Positions 27,329 through 38,793 of a stretch of 64,000 bases of DNA are shown piece by piece. A model generated the notes under the pieces. That model did no database searches and had not been told where the DNA came from. It saw nothing but the letters and a program-made list of their open reading frames with translations. Position 1 is the stretch's first letter. Each line of letters opens with the position of its first letter. A program made the position numbers and the translations under genes. Source of the stretch: Macrostomum lignano (lineage: Eukaryota). The DNA is taken from the NCBI GenBank assembly GCA_002269645.1, contig NIVC01000225.1, forward strand, positions 288,416 through 352,415, written 5' to 3'.

Positions 27329-28870
27329 AGTTGTTGTTGTTGTTTCCGGTCGGCAGTCCGGGGGGGGACGAGACCCGACCTCCTTCAGAAAGTCCACCAC
27401 CCACCTGAAACTGTCGCTGAGCGCTTGTAGGCTCGGGTTATTGCCAAAGTGCCGGGCTCTGGCTTTTTGATGTGCGCGAAAGATCTTTATAAGATGTTCC
27501 AGGTCCTCGTCGGCTTCGTCGCAGTGCGGGCACGTTGGGCTGTCAGCTTGTTGGCCGATGCGGTGGCGCGGTACTTAACTGCCGGAGCAAGGGAGAGTGA
27601 CCGAGTTTAATCTCGTCTTTTCTGGTGAGCGTCCTCTAGGTCTGGCACTGCTGCTGGTGGTTAGGCGGTGCATAGTGCAAATGCGGGTCCGTGATGTAAT
27701 CTGCTTTGAAACGGGACTTGGCGGAGCGGTCGATCGCCGCTTTAGCCGCAGCCAGGCTGATTTCGCGTAGGACTGAGATCAAGAGTCGAGCCGGCTTTGG
27801 CTGTCACGTCCGCGTATTCGTTAAAGAGGAGTCCAGCATGGCCAGGCACCGATTGAAGGTCAATGTGCGTCGAGGTCGAGTAGAGGAGAGGAGCTCCCAA
27901 ATCGCGCAGCAGCCCAGAGAGCACGCTTTCGCAGGGCCTTGTTGGAGGGAGCAAAGGAGCGAGTGGGAGTCAGTGAGGCATCTGATGCGGTTTGGCATTT
28001 GAGCTGGGTAAGTCGCGAAGGACCGCAGAGAGGCCGAGGCGAAGGGATTCCTCTTCGGCCTGAAAGGAGGAAGTGATGATCCCGGCTGCATGGGCCAGTG
28101 ATCTTTTCCACTACGATCCGGTTCCGTACAATGCCCCGGCGCCGCCACCATAGGTGCCGTCCTTAGCCGAGCCGTCCGTCCAGATCTCGACACCGTAACC
28201 GGGAGCTGGTCGAGCGTCTCGAGGGCGGCGAGTTTGTGGATGTGAGGCGGGTCCTCCTGGTTCGTACTGGTGTTCGGGTTCAGTAGATGTTCACTCTGGA
28301 CGTGTCCGTCCATGACGGCGGTGCGAGGGTGTCTGTGACGCTCGGGGCGTTGAGAAGGCCGGCGGCCGTGGAGACGTTGATGGCCGTGTTGCGGCAGTCT
28401 TGGCGGAACGCGCTTTGTTGTCTGTGAGCCTGTAGGCGCGGTCGCGGCAGCAGCTTGCTCGCAAGGCGAGAGAGTGGAGTGGGGCTGTCATTGCCGGGCG
28501 GCCTTTTTGAATAGCTTGGCGGCCGCGGCCTTCGCGAGGGTCGTCAGGAGGAGCAGATCCGTTTCATTGAGAAGGACGTTGGTCGGCGTGGAGTGGCAGC
28601 ATCCTGTGATGACTCTGGCCGCCGAGTTGTGGACGGTCTCTGCTCCCCTGCGACAGCTTTCCGATGCGATGGTCATCCAGGCACTGGCTCCGTAGAGGGC
28701 GACTGACTGAACATAGTTCTGGTAGAGTCGGCTCAGCGCCTCGGCGTTTTGACCCCAGTCACGGCCAGTGAGGCGGGGATGGCATTGAGGCGCTTCTGCA
28801 TGGTGCGTTTGGTGATAGTGGCGTGGTGGCGGAAGGTGAGCTGGGAGTCAATGTGGACTCCGAGTGGGCG
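27329..28870 (-). mobile_element. Degraded 5'-truncated LINE with RNase H and Cys-His knuckle (I-group, Ingi/Nimb-like)
   Basis: Frameshifted peptides PLGVHIDSQLTFRHH (RT end), VHNSAARVITGCCHSTPTNVLLNE, IRCLTDSHSLLCSL..IWELL (RNase H) and CPHCDEADEDLEHL; ends in an (AAC)n tail at 27329-27345. Confidence 0.8.
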
Positions 28871-28884
28871 CGGATTTTCACCCA

Positions 28885-30132
28885 CGTCGCTGCTGCCTGC
28901 CAGTTTTGCGCTCCCACTGGACACCCCGCTCCCAGCTGAGGAGGACTTCTGCACCAGCCCAGTCACCACGGAGGACGTTGTGCTGTTCGCTCGAAAAACA
29001 ACAGGCGGCAAGGCGCGATCGGCCCCGACAAAGTTCCGGTCGAAGCACTGCAGCTCCGCTGCGTGGCCTTCCAGGTCACAGGCGTCGTGAACCGCGTGCT
29101 CGCCGGCGCCCCTGCGCCCACCGAGTGAATCGTCGCGCACATCGTGCCGATCCCGAAGAAGGCAGGGACAACGCGGAAAGAAGACCACCGCGAAATCTCA
29201 CTGATTTCCTGCACCTGGAAGCTCTTTAACCGGCTGCTGCTCGATCGTATGCAGTCGGTGCAGGACCCATACCTGCGGTACGAGCAGAACGGATTCCGGC
29301 CGCCAAGCTGGAACACAGACAGATCCTCACACTCCGCCGTGTCATCGAGGAGGCGCACATGCTGCCAGAATACGCTGATAATTGTCTTCGTTGACTTTGC
29401 GACGACTTTCGAAAGGCGTTTGACTGTGTTAAGAGCCGCGCTTCCCTTCGTCCTTCGAGCCTATCGGGTCCCGCAGCAGCTAATCGACGCTGTCATGTCG
29501 CTGTATTGCGATACTCGAGCTGCTGTGGTGACGGTGGACCGTCAGTCTGACCTGTTCGACACCGCATCAGAAGTTCTGCAGGGTGACACGCTGGCGCCGT
29601 TCCTCTTTGTGCTGCTGCTGGACTGGGTGCTTAGGACCGCACTCCCCTCGGCTGACGACGGCTTCCTGCTGCGTCCTGAATGTCCTCCAGTCCGAAGCGC
29701 TGCCCGACCGCGACAGGGCTCGGCTGTGGCAGGCGGTGGTCGAAACCGTCCTGCTATACATGTACAACGCCGAGACGTGGACGTGGACTATGCTGGAGCG
29801 GCAGTTGGACTCGGCGCACTCAGGGCTACTCCGTGTGGCCAGCTTTCGAGCTGACAAGAGCGTCGGGACCGAGGCCCTGTACGATCGGGCCTAGCTGCAG
29901 CGGCCGTCCATCAAACCTGTGTTATGGAGCTACTGCCTCCAACCTGTGCTCACCTTGCAGGGCCCGTTCCTGCGGGGTCAGGCCCGAACCCGTTGATACG
30001 CGTGGACTGCCTCCTATGCGATGCCGAGGCACCCAAGACTACCAACGGGACGGATTTCGTCCGATCTCAGGCTCTGACGCGCCATCTGACGCGCCCTGCT
30101 CTCATAGTGACCTTGTATGCGGGGCTGCGTAC

Positions 30133-30168
<36 letters not shown>
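28885..30168 (+). mobile_element. Degraded RTE-like LINE (RT fragment with internal deletion)
   Basis: SPVTTEDVV..GGKA.GPDKVPVEAL, IVPIPKKAG, ISLISCTWKLFNRLLLDR, EQNGFR, FVDF, VLQGDTLAPFLFVLLLDWVLR, AVVETVLLY.NAETWT; (TTG)n tail at 30133-30168. Confidence 0.85.
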
Positions 30169-30170
<2 letters not shown>

Positions 30171-30364
30171 ATGATCAAATTCAATTAACTGTACACTGTT
30201 CTGGCCGTGTTCCATGTACATGTGAAATTAAATCGCTGGGGCCAGCCAGCCAGGTTTTCACATCTGCACATGTAAACTGTACATGACGCTGACAGACAGG
30301 CGAATGCATGAACTTAAGCGACTCAACTAGCAGTCGCGTGAACGTCTTCATGCATGTACTGTCT

Positions 30365-30527
30365 GTACCCCCTACAGCAGCAAATCCGACGTCAATGGCA
30401 AATTATTCGCTTTTATATATGTACATCAATGAATATTGACGTTATACGTCGGCTGAACGGCGGGGTAATTGTTAAAGTATGTACACATCTGTCATCGATG
30501 TCGGATTAATTTGCTGTACGGGTACCC
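30365..30527. mobile_element. Small MITE-like element with GACGTC-rich body
   Basis: Left gtaccccctacagcagcaaatccgacgtc is an imperfect inverse of right gatgtcggattaatttgctgtacgggtac. Related ends occur at ~31265-31282 and ~31607-31626. Confidence 0.55.
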
Positions 30528-33500
30528 CAGCGGTCTTCGGTTTCCAAAATAACCCAAAGGGTCCGTACTGTACAATCGGCACTGTGAGATTCAACTTTAC
30601 GCTCGTAGACTACTGAGATAAATCACAATATACTAAATCTCTAATAACTATCTAATCGTTTAATATCTCACATAGCCTTAGAAATTATGTCACCGTTATG
30701 TACATGCATAGTACTTTAAAACACAATATATTGCTAAAGATTTTTAACAACATGACGCTGCAGATGCGTCAACCAGGCCCTGCATGAAGACTAATAGCAG
30801 GATACAAAAGAAAACTTCTGCGAAGACTGAGAGTTTTGGAGGAGGACGGTGTGTGGCTGTGCCTGTCTGACAAAGGAAACAAACCTGAATTATCGTGGTC
30901 TGCCTGGGCGAACTTCGAGAAGCACTTTTAGTGTCTCGCAGCCACTTGCTCGATACGTCTATGTATTTTCTGCAGTTATTTTCACTCTTGTACTGTCATG
31001 GCAGAACTTGCAGTCCGAGGCCAGGAGAGCTATAGCGTCGCATGATGGCTTACTGTGCGCCGACTCCAAGATCAGCGGGGACTATTTAGTGAGTTACAAA
31101 ACCAGTACAGTCTGGGCCGGCGTTCCTAACGTCTATCGAGTATACATGTATGACGTAATTTTACATGGCACTGATGTTCAGCTGACGTATGACGTCGTGA
31201 CGACGTATGACGTCGTGGTTAAAGCCCATAACATTGTCATCGATGTCAATATAGTCGGGCGGCGTCGGATTGCTGTACGGGAAGCGTGGTACGTACAGTG
31301 TATAATTATCGCTCAGCGACCTCCAGGTACCATATGTACCGGTAAATGTACGGCGACTCATGCCCATTTGTACGTGCAGGATGAGTTGCTGTAAACGCTG
31401 GCAGACGTCTCGCGCCCAAGCCTAGCTATGTCTGAGGCTGTTTATTTTTTAAGACTTTTCTGGCAGCTTGCTATATATATTAGCGAGTTTTGACATGAGT
31501 TTTTACACTAAATTGATGGATACCGACGTCATGCGTCGGCTGAACAACATGTAAAAGTACAAATTTGTCATCGACGTCGCTAACATCGGCCAGCGTCGCG
31601 TCGCCGACGTCGGATTGCTGTACGGGAAAAAATGCCACAACCAAGCAATAGTTTTATGCAACTACAATGTATAATCACTGATCCTTGTTAAGACTCTAAT
31701 CAACCGATACATCGCAGTTTTATTTGCTGGTAGATCAAATTAGTTATAGTCGCTTGAAATTTGATAAAGATTAAATAAACAACCATGCAATACGATGGCA
31801 AATAATATTTGCATGCGAGAATCTAAGTAGCCAGAATAAGCCTCTGGGGTGAAATCTAGTTGTTCGAAGCAAGCCATTACTATGTACACTTCGACTGAGT
31901 CTAATCAATTATTAAATAAATTTAAAAGTTAGTTTTGTAATTGTTTTCTATCAGCAATGCTTGAACACTAGCGAGCTACAATAATAAGGCACATGCATGC
32001 ATACCATTTAAGGCTATAAGCTGCAGATCGATATAAGGGTTTATCCAGATATTATAAACACATTATAAAGAATCAAGAGAATAACATCTGCATGCAGTTA
32101 CCATATCCAGTGAGCCAGTTTGCATTGACAAGTAATGCTCAAAGGTATTGAAATTGCATCAACTTAAGGACGACTTAAGTAGACAGTTTGGAATGGAAAC
32201 CTCGCTTTCTTGGAAAGCATTTAGGTTGCTGGTTTTGCTTTACAGAAAAACTCAAGAGAGACATGTTATACTAAAGAACGAGCTTTTGATTGGCTTCCAA
32301 TGAAAACTAAAACTGTCTTATTTTTGTGGAAAAATCAACCCGGAAAGATCCTACACATCTCCGTAGTGTACTTTTATTGCAAACTCAACCTAAAAATCGA
32401 ATCGAAGTTTCCCGTCACACTTAAATTGTCCTTTTAGTTTGAAACTCCACTGGTGGTAAAATTTCGCTCGTAAAAATCAATCAAAAGTCAATGATCATTT
32501 ACTTTGGGGAAAACAGTTTGCTATAGTTCACCGAAAGAAGTGAAATGGGACAATTTTTCATGAATAATCCCCACTATATAGTAAGCTATCTGCATCGCCA
32601 TTTAGTTTACGTAAAAGTGCGAATCTAATCTAAATATACACAAGTTTAAAAAGAAGCTGAGTATTTCTGAGACGCAAAAGGCGGAGAGAATTAAATCGAG
32701 AAAAAAAATAAAGTGCAGTTTGTGTACATTAACTAATCGCTCATAAATCCGTTTGGAGCAATTTAATTTTGTCGAAAAGTTGAGCACACTAGTCTGTAGA
32801 GGAAAACATCAGAATCAGAAAGAAGCAATTTATAATTGTTGCATGTGATTGGCTGAGGAATACACGGTTATTAAATATAAAGTCGAGGCCACTCTCACAT
32901 CGATACCGAATTCATCGCTAGGGCTTTCTTCTCCAGTTCGGAAAATTCAGCATGCCCGGCTACCATTTCACTGCAAAGTGTAAAGGAGTTTGATATATCA
33001 AACCAATTTCTTGCCGCAAGTTTACCTGGTGCTAAGGCTCCAACACCAAACTTGTGATCTTGAACAAACTAAAAGTACCGTGGAAGCACGTAAAAATTTC
33101 TTAGAAATTAACTGGCCTGTAAAGAACGTATATTTGTGGTACCGCTGGGTGTATTGAGTGTGCTCTCTAGAGAACGAACATAGAGCTGAATGAGGTTTTG
33201 CCATAGACAAAGTCCGTCGAGTAAAAGACGATCTCTTACGAGCATACAACAAATATCCGTTTTTTCTGACCTTCAGCTCATTTCTAAGAAAGTCGAGTGC
33301 ATGCAGCGTACTTCTACTTTGTCTTATGTCTGGTGACCATCCGTGATGTGATACATAGTGTCGCCGTGTGATGTTAATTTTTATTGATATTACGCTCATA
33401 GTGCTTAGAGTCAACTCAGACCTGCACAGATCCTATATAATAAAAGAATACTATTAGATGTCTCAATTCATTGTAGAAAAGTGATCACTTTTTATATTCA

Positions 33501-34124
33501 ACTGACAAATTCAGTCTTTTTAGAAGTCAGTGTTTTCAGTGTTATTACTGTTTTTTTATAAAACTTAATTACTTTCTAGCTATATATGTCTGACTGAAGT
33601 CGAGAGAATCGGAACGTTCATAAACTAAGTGTACGCTGGTTTTGTAGCTCTGTAATCATCACATCAGTATGATGAAAAGATCGAAAATAGTAATGAAAAA
33701 TAAACTATAGATTCGGTCTTGATGATTTAGCAAATAAAGTCATGGTGCGTGCGCAAATGTAATTCATACATGTACGTGTGCGTATTCACTGATAGCTATA
33801 TATGAGAGTTCTAATTCAGAGAATTTGCGATAATAAACATAAAGTGAACGATTGAAGTGACCTTTTAATACATAGTTGGTTGGAGTCATTTAATGCACGA
33901 GAAGTATATATCGTTCTACAATACTACTCAATCGCGCACTCGTGACCTAGACATTGACATATGGCCAAGCATTCTTAAATTGCTGACACTATTCATTGTC
34001 TATGGCCAAAAAGCAATCCTTCACCAATAACGCGACTGTGCAGTAAATCCCAAGCCGTGCTGTAAATTCCAACCACCGTGCTGTAAATTCCCGCACGTAT
34101 TCAACTTATTAAATTTATTTAAGT

Positions 34125-36498
34125 CTACCTGAGCTACTGGTCTAATTCTACCTGAGCTACTGACCCAATTCTACCTGAGCTACTGACCCAATTCTACCTG
34201 AGCTACTGAACCAATTCTACCTGAGCTACTGAACCAATTCTACCTGAGCTACTGACCCAATTCTACCTGAGCTACTGAATCAATTCTACCTGAGCTTCTG
34301 ACCCAATTCTACCTGAGCTTCTGACCCAATTCTACCTGAGCTACTGACCCAATTCTACCTGAGCTACTGAATCAATTCTACCTGAGCTACTGAATCAATT
34401 CTACCTGAGCTTCTGACCCAATTCTACCTGAGCTACTGAACCAATTCTACCTGAGCTACTGAACCAATTCTACCTGAGCTACTGAACCAATTCTACCTGA
34501 GCTACTGACCCAATTCTACCTGAGCTACTGACCCAATTCTACCTGAGCTACTGAACCAATTCTACCTGAGCTACTGAACCAATTCTACCTGAGCTACTGA
34601 CCCAATTCTACCTGAGCTACTGAACCAATTCTACCTGAGCTACTGACCCAATTCTACCTGAGCTACTGACCCAATTCTACCTGAGCTACTGACCCAATTC
34701 TACCCGAGCTAATGAACCAATTCTACCTGAGCTACTGACCCAATTCTACCTGAGCTACTGAACCAATTCTACCTGAGCTACTGACCTAATTCTACCTGAG
34801 CTACTGACCCAATTCTACCTGAGCTACTGACCCAATTCTACCTGAGCTACTGAACCAATTCTACCTGAGCTACTGACCCAATTCTACCTGAGCTACTGAA
34901 CCAATTTTACCTGAGCTACTGACCCAATTCTACCTGAGCTACTGAATCAATTCTACCTGAGCTTCTGACCCAATTCTACCTGAGCTACTGACCCAATTCT
35001 ACCTGAGCTACTGACCCAATTCTACCTGAGCTACTGAATCAATTCTACCTGAGCTTCTGACCCAATTCTACCTGAGCTACTGAACCAATTCTACCTGAGC
35101 TACTGAACCAATTCTACCTGAGCTACTGACCCAATTCTACCTGAGCTACTGAACCAATTCTACCTGAGCTACTGACCCAATTCTACCTGAGCTACTGACC
35201 CAATTCTACCTGAGCTACTGAACCAATTCTACCTGAGCTACTGAACCAATTCTACCTGAGCTACTGAACCAATTCTACCTGAGCTACTGACCTAATTCTA
35301 CCTGAGCTACTGAACCAATTCTACCTGAGCTACTGAATCAATTCTACCTGAGCTTCTGACCCAATTCTACCTGAGCTTCTGACCCAATTCTACCTGAGCT
35401 ACTGACCCAATTCTACCTGAGCTACTGAATCAATTCTACCTGAGCTACTGAATCAATTCTACCTGAGCTTCTGACCCAATTCTACCTGAGCTACTGAACC
35501 AATTCTACCTGAGCTACTGAACCAATTCTACCTGAGCTACTGACCTAATTCTACCTGAGCTACTGACCCAATTCTACCTGAGCTACTGACCCAATTCTAC
35601 CTGAGCTACTGAACCAATTCTACCTGAGCTACTGAACCAATTCTACCTGAGCTACTGACCTAATTCTACCTGAGCTACTGACCCAATTCTACCTGAGCTA
35701 CTGACCCAATTCTACCTGAGCTACTGACCCAATTCTACCTGAGCTACTGACCCAATTCTACCCGAGCTAATGAACCAATTCTACCTGAGCTACTGACCCA
35801 ATTCTACCTGAGCTACTGAACCAATTCTACCTGAGCTACTGAACCAATTCTACCTGAGCTACTGACCTAATTCTACCTGAGCTACTGACCCAATTCTACC
35901 TGAGCTACTGACCCAATTCTACCTGAGCTACTGAACCAATTCTACCTGAGCTACTGAACCAATTCTACCTGAGCTACTGAACCAATTCTACCTGAGCTAC
36001 TGACCCAATTCTACCTGAGCTACTGAATCAATTCTACCTGAGCTTCTGACCCAATTCTACCTGAGCTACTGACCCAATTCTACCTGAGCTACTGACCCAA
36101 TTCTACCTGAGCTACTGAATCAATTCTACCTGAGCTTCTGACCCAATTCTACCTGAGCTACTGAACCAATTCTACCTGAGCTACTGAACCAATTCTACCT
36201 GAGCTACTGACCCAATTCTACCTGAGCTACTGAACCAATTCTACCTGAGCTACTGACCCAATTCTACCTGAGCTACTGACCCAATTCTACCTGAGCTACT
36301 GAACCAATTCTACCTGAGCTACTGAACCAATTCTACCTGAGCTACTGACCCAATTCTACCTGAGCTACTGACCCAATTCTACCTGAGCTACTGACCCAAT
36401 TCTACCTGAGCTACTGACCCAATTCTACCTGAGCTACTGACCCAATTCTACCCGAGCTAATGAACCAATTCTACCTAAGCAACTGAACTAATTCTATC
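34125..36498. repeat. 23-bp satellite array, ~100 copies
   Basis: Unit ctacctgagctactgaMccaatt with period 23; highly homogeneous. Confidence 0.99.
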
Positions 36499-38793
36499 AG
36501 CCGAGGTACCGAAATTTAGGACTGAAACTTACATGTTCGCAGGCAAAAATATTTTCCATTGCTGTTGTCACTAAAAATAAATTATAAAGCCCTCTTATCC
36601 CTCTTATAGTCCATGCGTGCGGTAAATTCCAATCGATCTATGTCTATGGCTAAAACCAGAAGAATGCTTTGCCCATAAATCTACCATTTAAGCACTAAAA
36701 ACCAAGTATTGAATCCTATAATTCACAGTTAAAATCCTAAAGTTACATAAAGATAGGTTGGGCCATAGACAGCACCGTGAATTTCTGACTGACACCGTCA
36801 AGCGTGACAGTTTTTTCATTTCAAATTTCAATCATTTCTTTTCTTGTCATTTCATTAAGATTAATTTTCATTTTAATCTTTTAAGCCGCTCTTAATGCTT
36901 AGGAAAGTTATAAATTAACTGTGACTGGTGATCCTGTTTGTGAATTTATTAAGCAAATTTTTGTACCCGAAAATTACATGTATATAGGCCTATTATACAG
37001 GCACACAAATGGCTACTGCTGCGGTCACAGACTCAACCGCAAGCTCTTTCCCTCTCAGCATCAGCAGCTGCTGTCTCCACTCCTGGTAAACTCCTTCATC
37101 AAGCCAATGTAGGACCAGGCGAAAGTGGCTGACGGAAAGTATGAACAAAACAAAAATGATACAGTCATAACTATAGGAAAAAAACTGAAAAGTTAAAATT
37201 TAACTACGGTACAGTGCGTTGAAGCAATTCTAACCAAAAATAAAGTAGCTGGAAAATTTCTAAAACTAAGTCAAGAAAAACATAAATTTTGCTTTACTCT
37301 GTGCAGAAACAACTGGTGCGTGTATTTGGTTGCATCCAAAAACATGGTTTGAGAGCTCGCAAAACAAACTCGCGTGTTGTGATTCTGATAAGTGCCTGGT
37401 GCACTAATCTGCAGTTAGTTATTGCAGTTAAATTCACTGCTCTATCTTTGGAGCTAAAAATAAAAAAGAGATATTGATTAATAAAATTGAATCTGAATTT
37501 CAAAATCAACAAGACAAGTCTGAATTAAAAATGTGAAACGCAAAATGAACGCACGAAGCTGCGTGATTGGGCATTGAGGAATGTGTAAGGAACTCAGGTT
37601 GATCGTCTTTCATACGCTGCAAAACAATTTTTTAATTTGTAAGAAATAGATTATTGTAGCTATTTTAACTCAGGGAGTCAGAAGTCTTTCATATTATGAG
37701 CACTGCGATTCCTGAGCCACAAAAAAATACTTTCTAAGCATACTAGCTATATTTAGATTTTTTCTAAAATATTTGAGATCTATGGAAAGTAAAGGTACAT
37801 CATAAACCCGAAAAATCATAACTCCGAAAGGATTTCCTATCATAACCCCGAAAACAAAAATAGCGTTGGACATTGCTAGCACTTTTGAAGTTATGCTAAT
37901 TCGGGTTTATGGTGGAAAGCGCTTTCGGAAGATGTTTATGATGGCCCCGGCACCTTTTAGTGAGAGAGTTCGGCGCAGATTATACCGCTTAATCACGAAG
38001 AACCAGCTTAATCGTATTTTATAAGGTGAGGAATTACGGGTAATATGTTTTGTTTATTTCGTCAGATTAAAAAAAGCATTTTATTAAGTTTGATTGGTGA
38101 TAATATAATCATAGGCTGAATACAAAGTGGTTAGGACATTTTTCTCTTTGAATAGACTTGTTGAAGCTTTTTCAAAATTGCAGGAATCATTCGAGCAACC
38201 GTACTGACAAGGTACAACCCACTTCGAGTGGGATATGGTTAATTTTTTGTTATAATTTAAACAAGGATAAAAGTGTAGGATTTGGCAAAGGTGAGTTTTA
38301 ATTGTTTGTCGTTGGATAGTAGACTAGCGATATACAGTACAGGGACAATGAGTGCATGCAGAAGTTGCTTACTGCTCCAAATAACAATGTTTACACAGTA
38401 AATGCTATATCGATCTAATCTATCTTCAGGAAATTATACCAGAAAGGAGAGTAAGTCATAAACTGAATTTCAATAACACAAAAAGGAATAGAATTTGGAC
38501 TATATTACTACACAATCTCTTGTAACAATCAAGAACATTCTACTATTTCTACTGGGGAGAGATCTCTATATGTACCTCGATCTTTATCAATGAAAATAGT
38601 AGACTATCTTTTTCTACTGAAAACCAATGAAGGATATTAAGAGATTAAATCAATTTGATCAAGGAATAGTTGGGATAGAATACTCATAAGTTATGGTTAA
38701 ATTTTATACAGTTGAGGCATAACACAACGGAATAAAAACATAATTTGAGCAATAAATATTAAATTAACTTGGCCAAGAAGAAATTTATATATA

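Noticed and set aside
33022-33414. 130-aa minus-strand ORF ending at a possible donor
   Set aside because: No recognisable domain and no phase-matched neighbouring exon found.
34125-36498. CRISPR-like regular repeats
   Set aside because: Head-to-tail monomers with no unique spacers, eukaryotic context and no cas genes.
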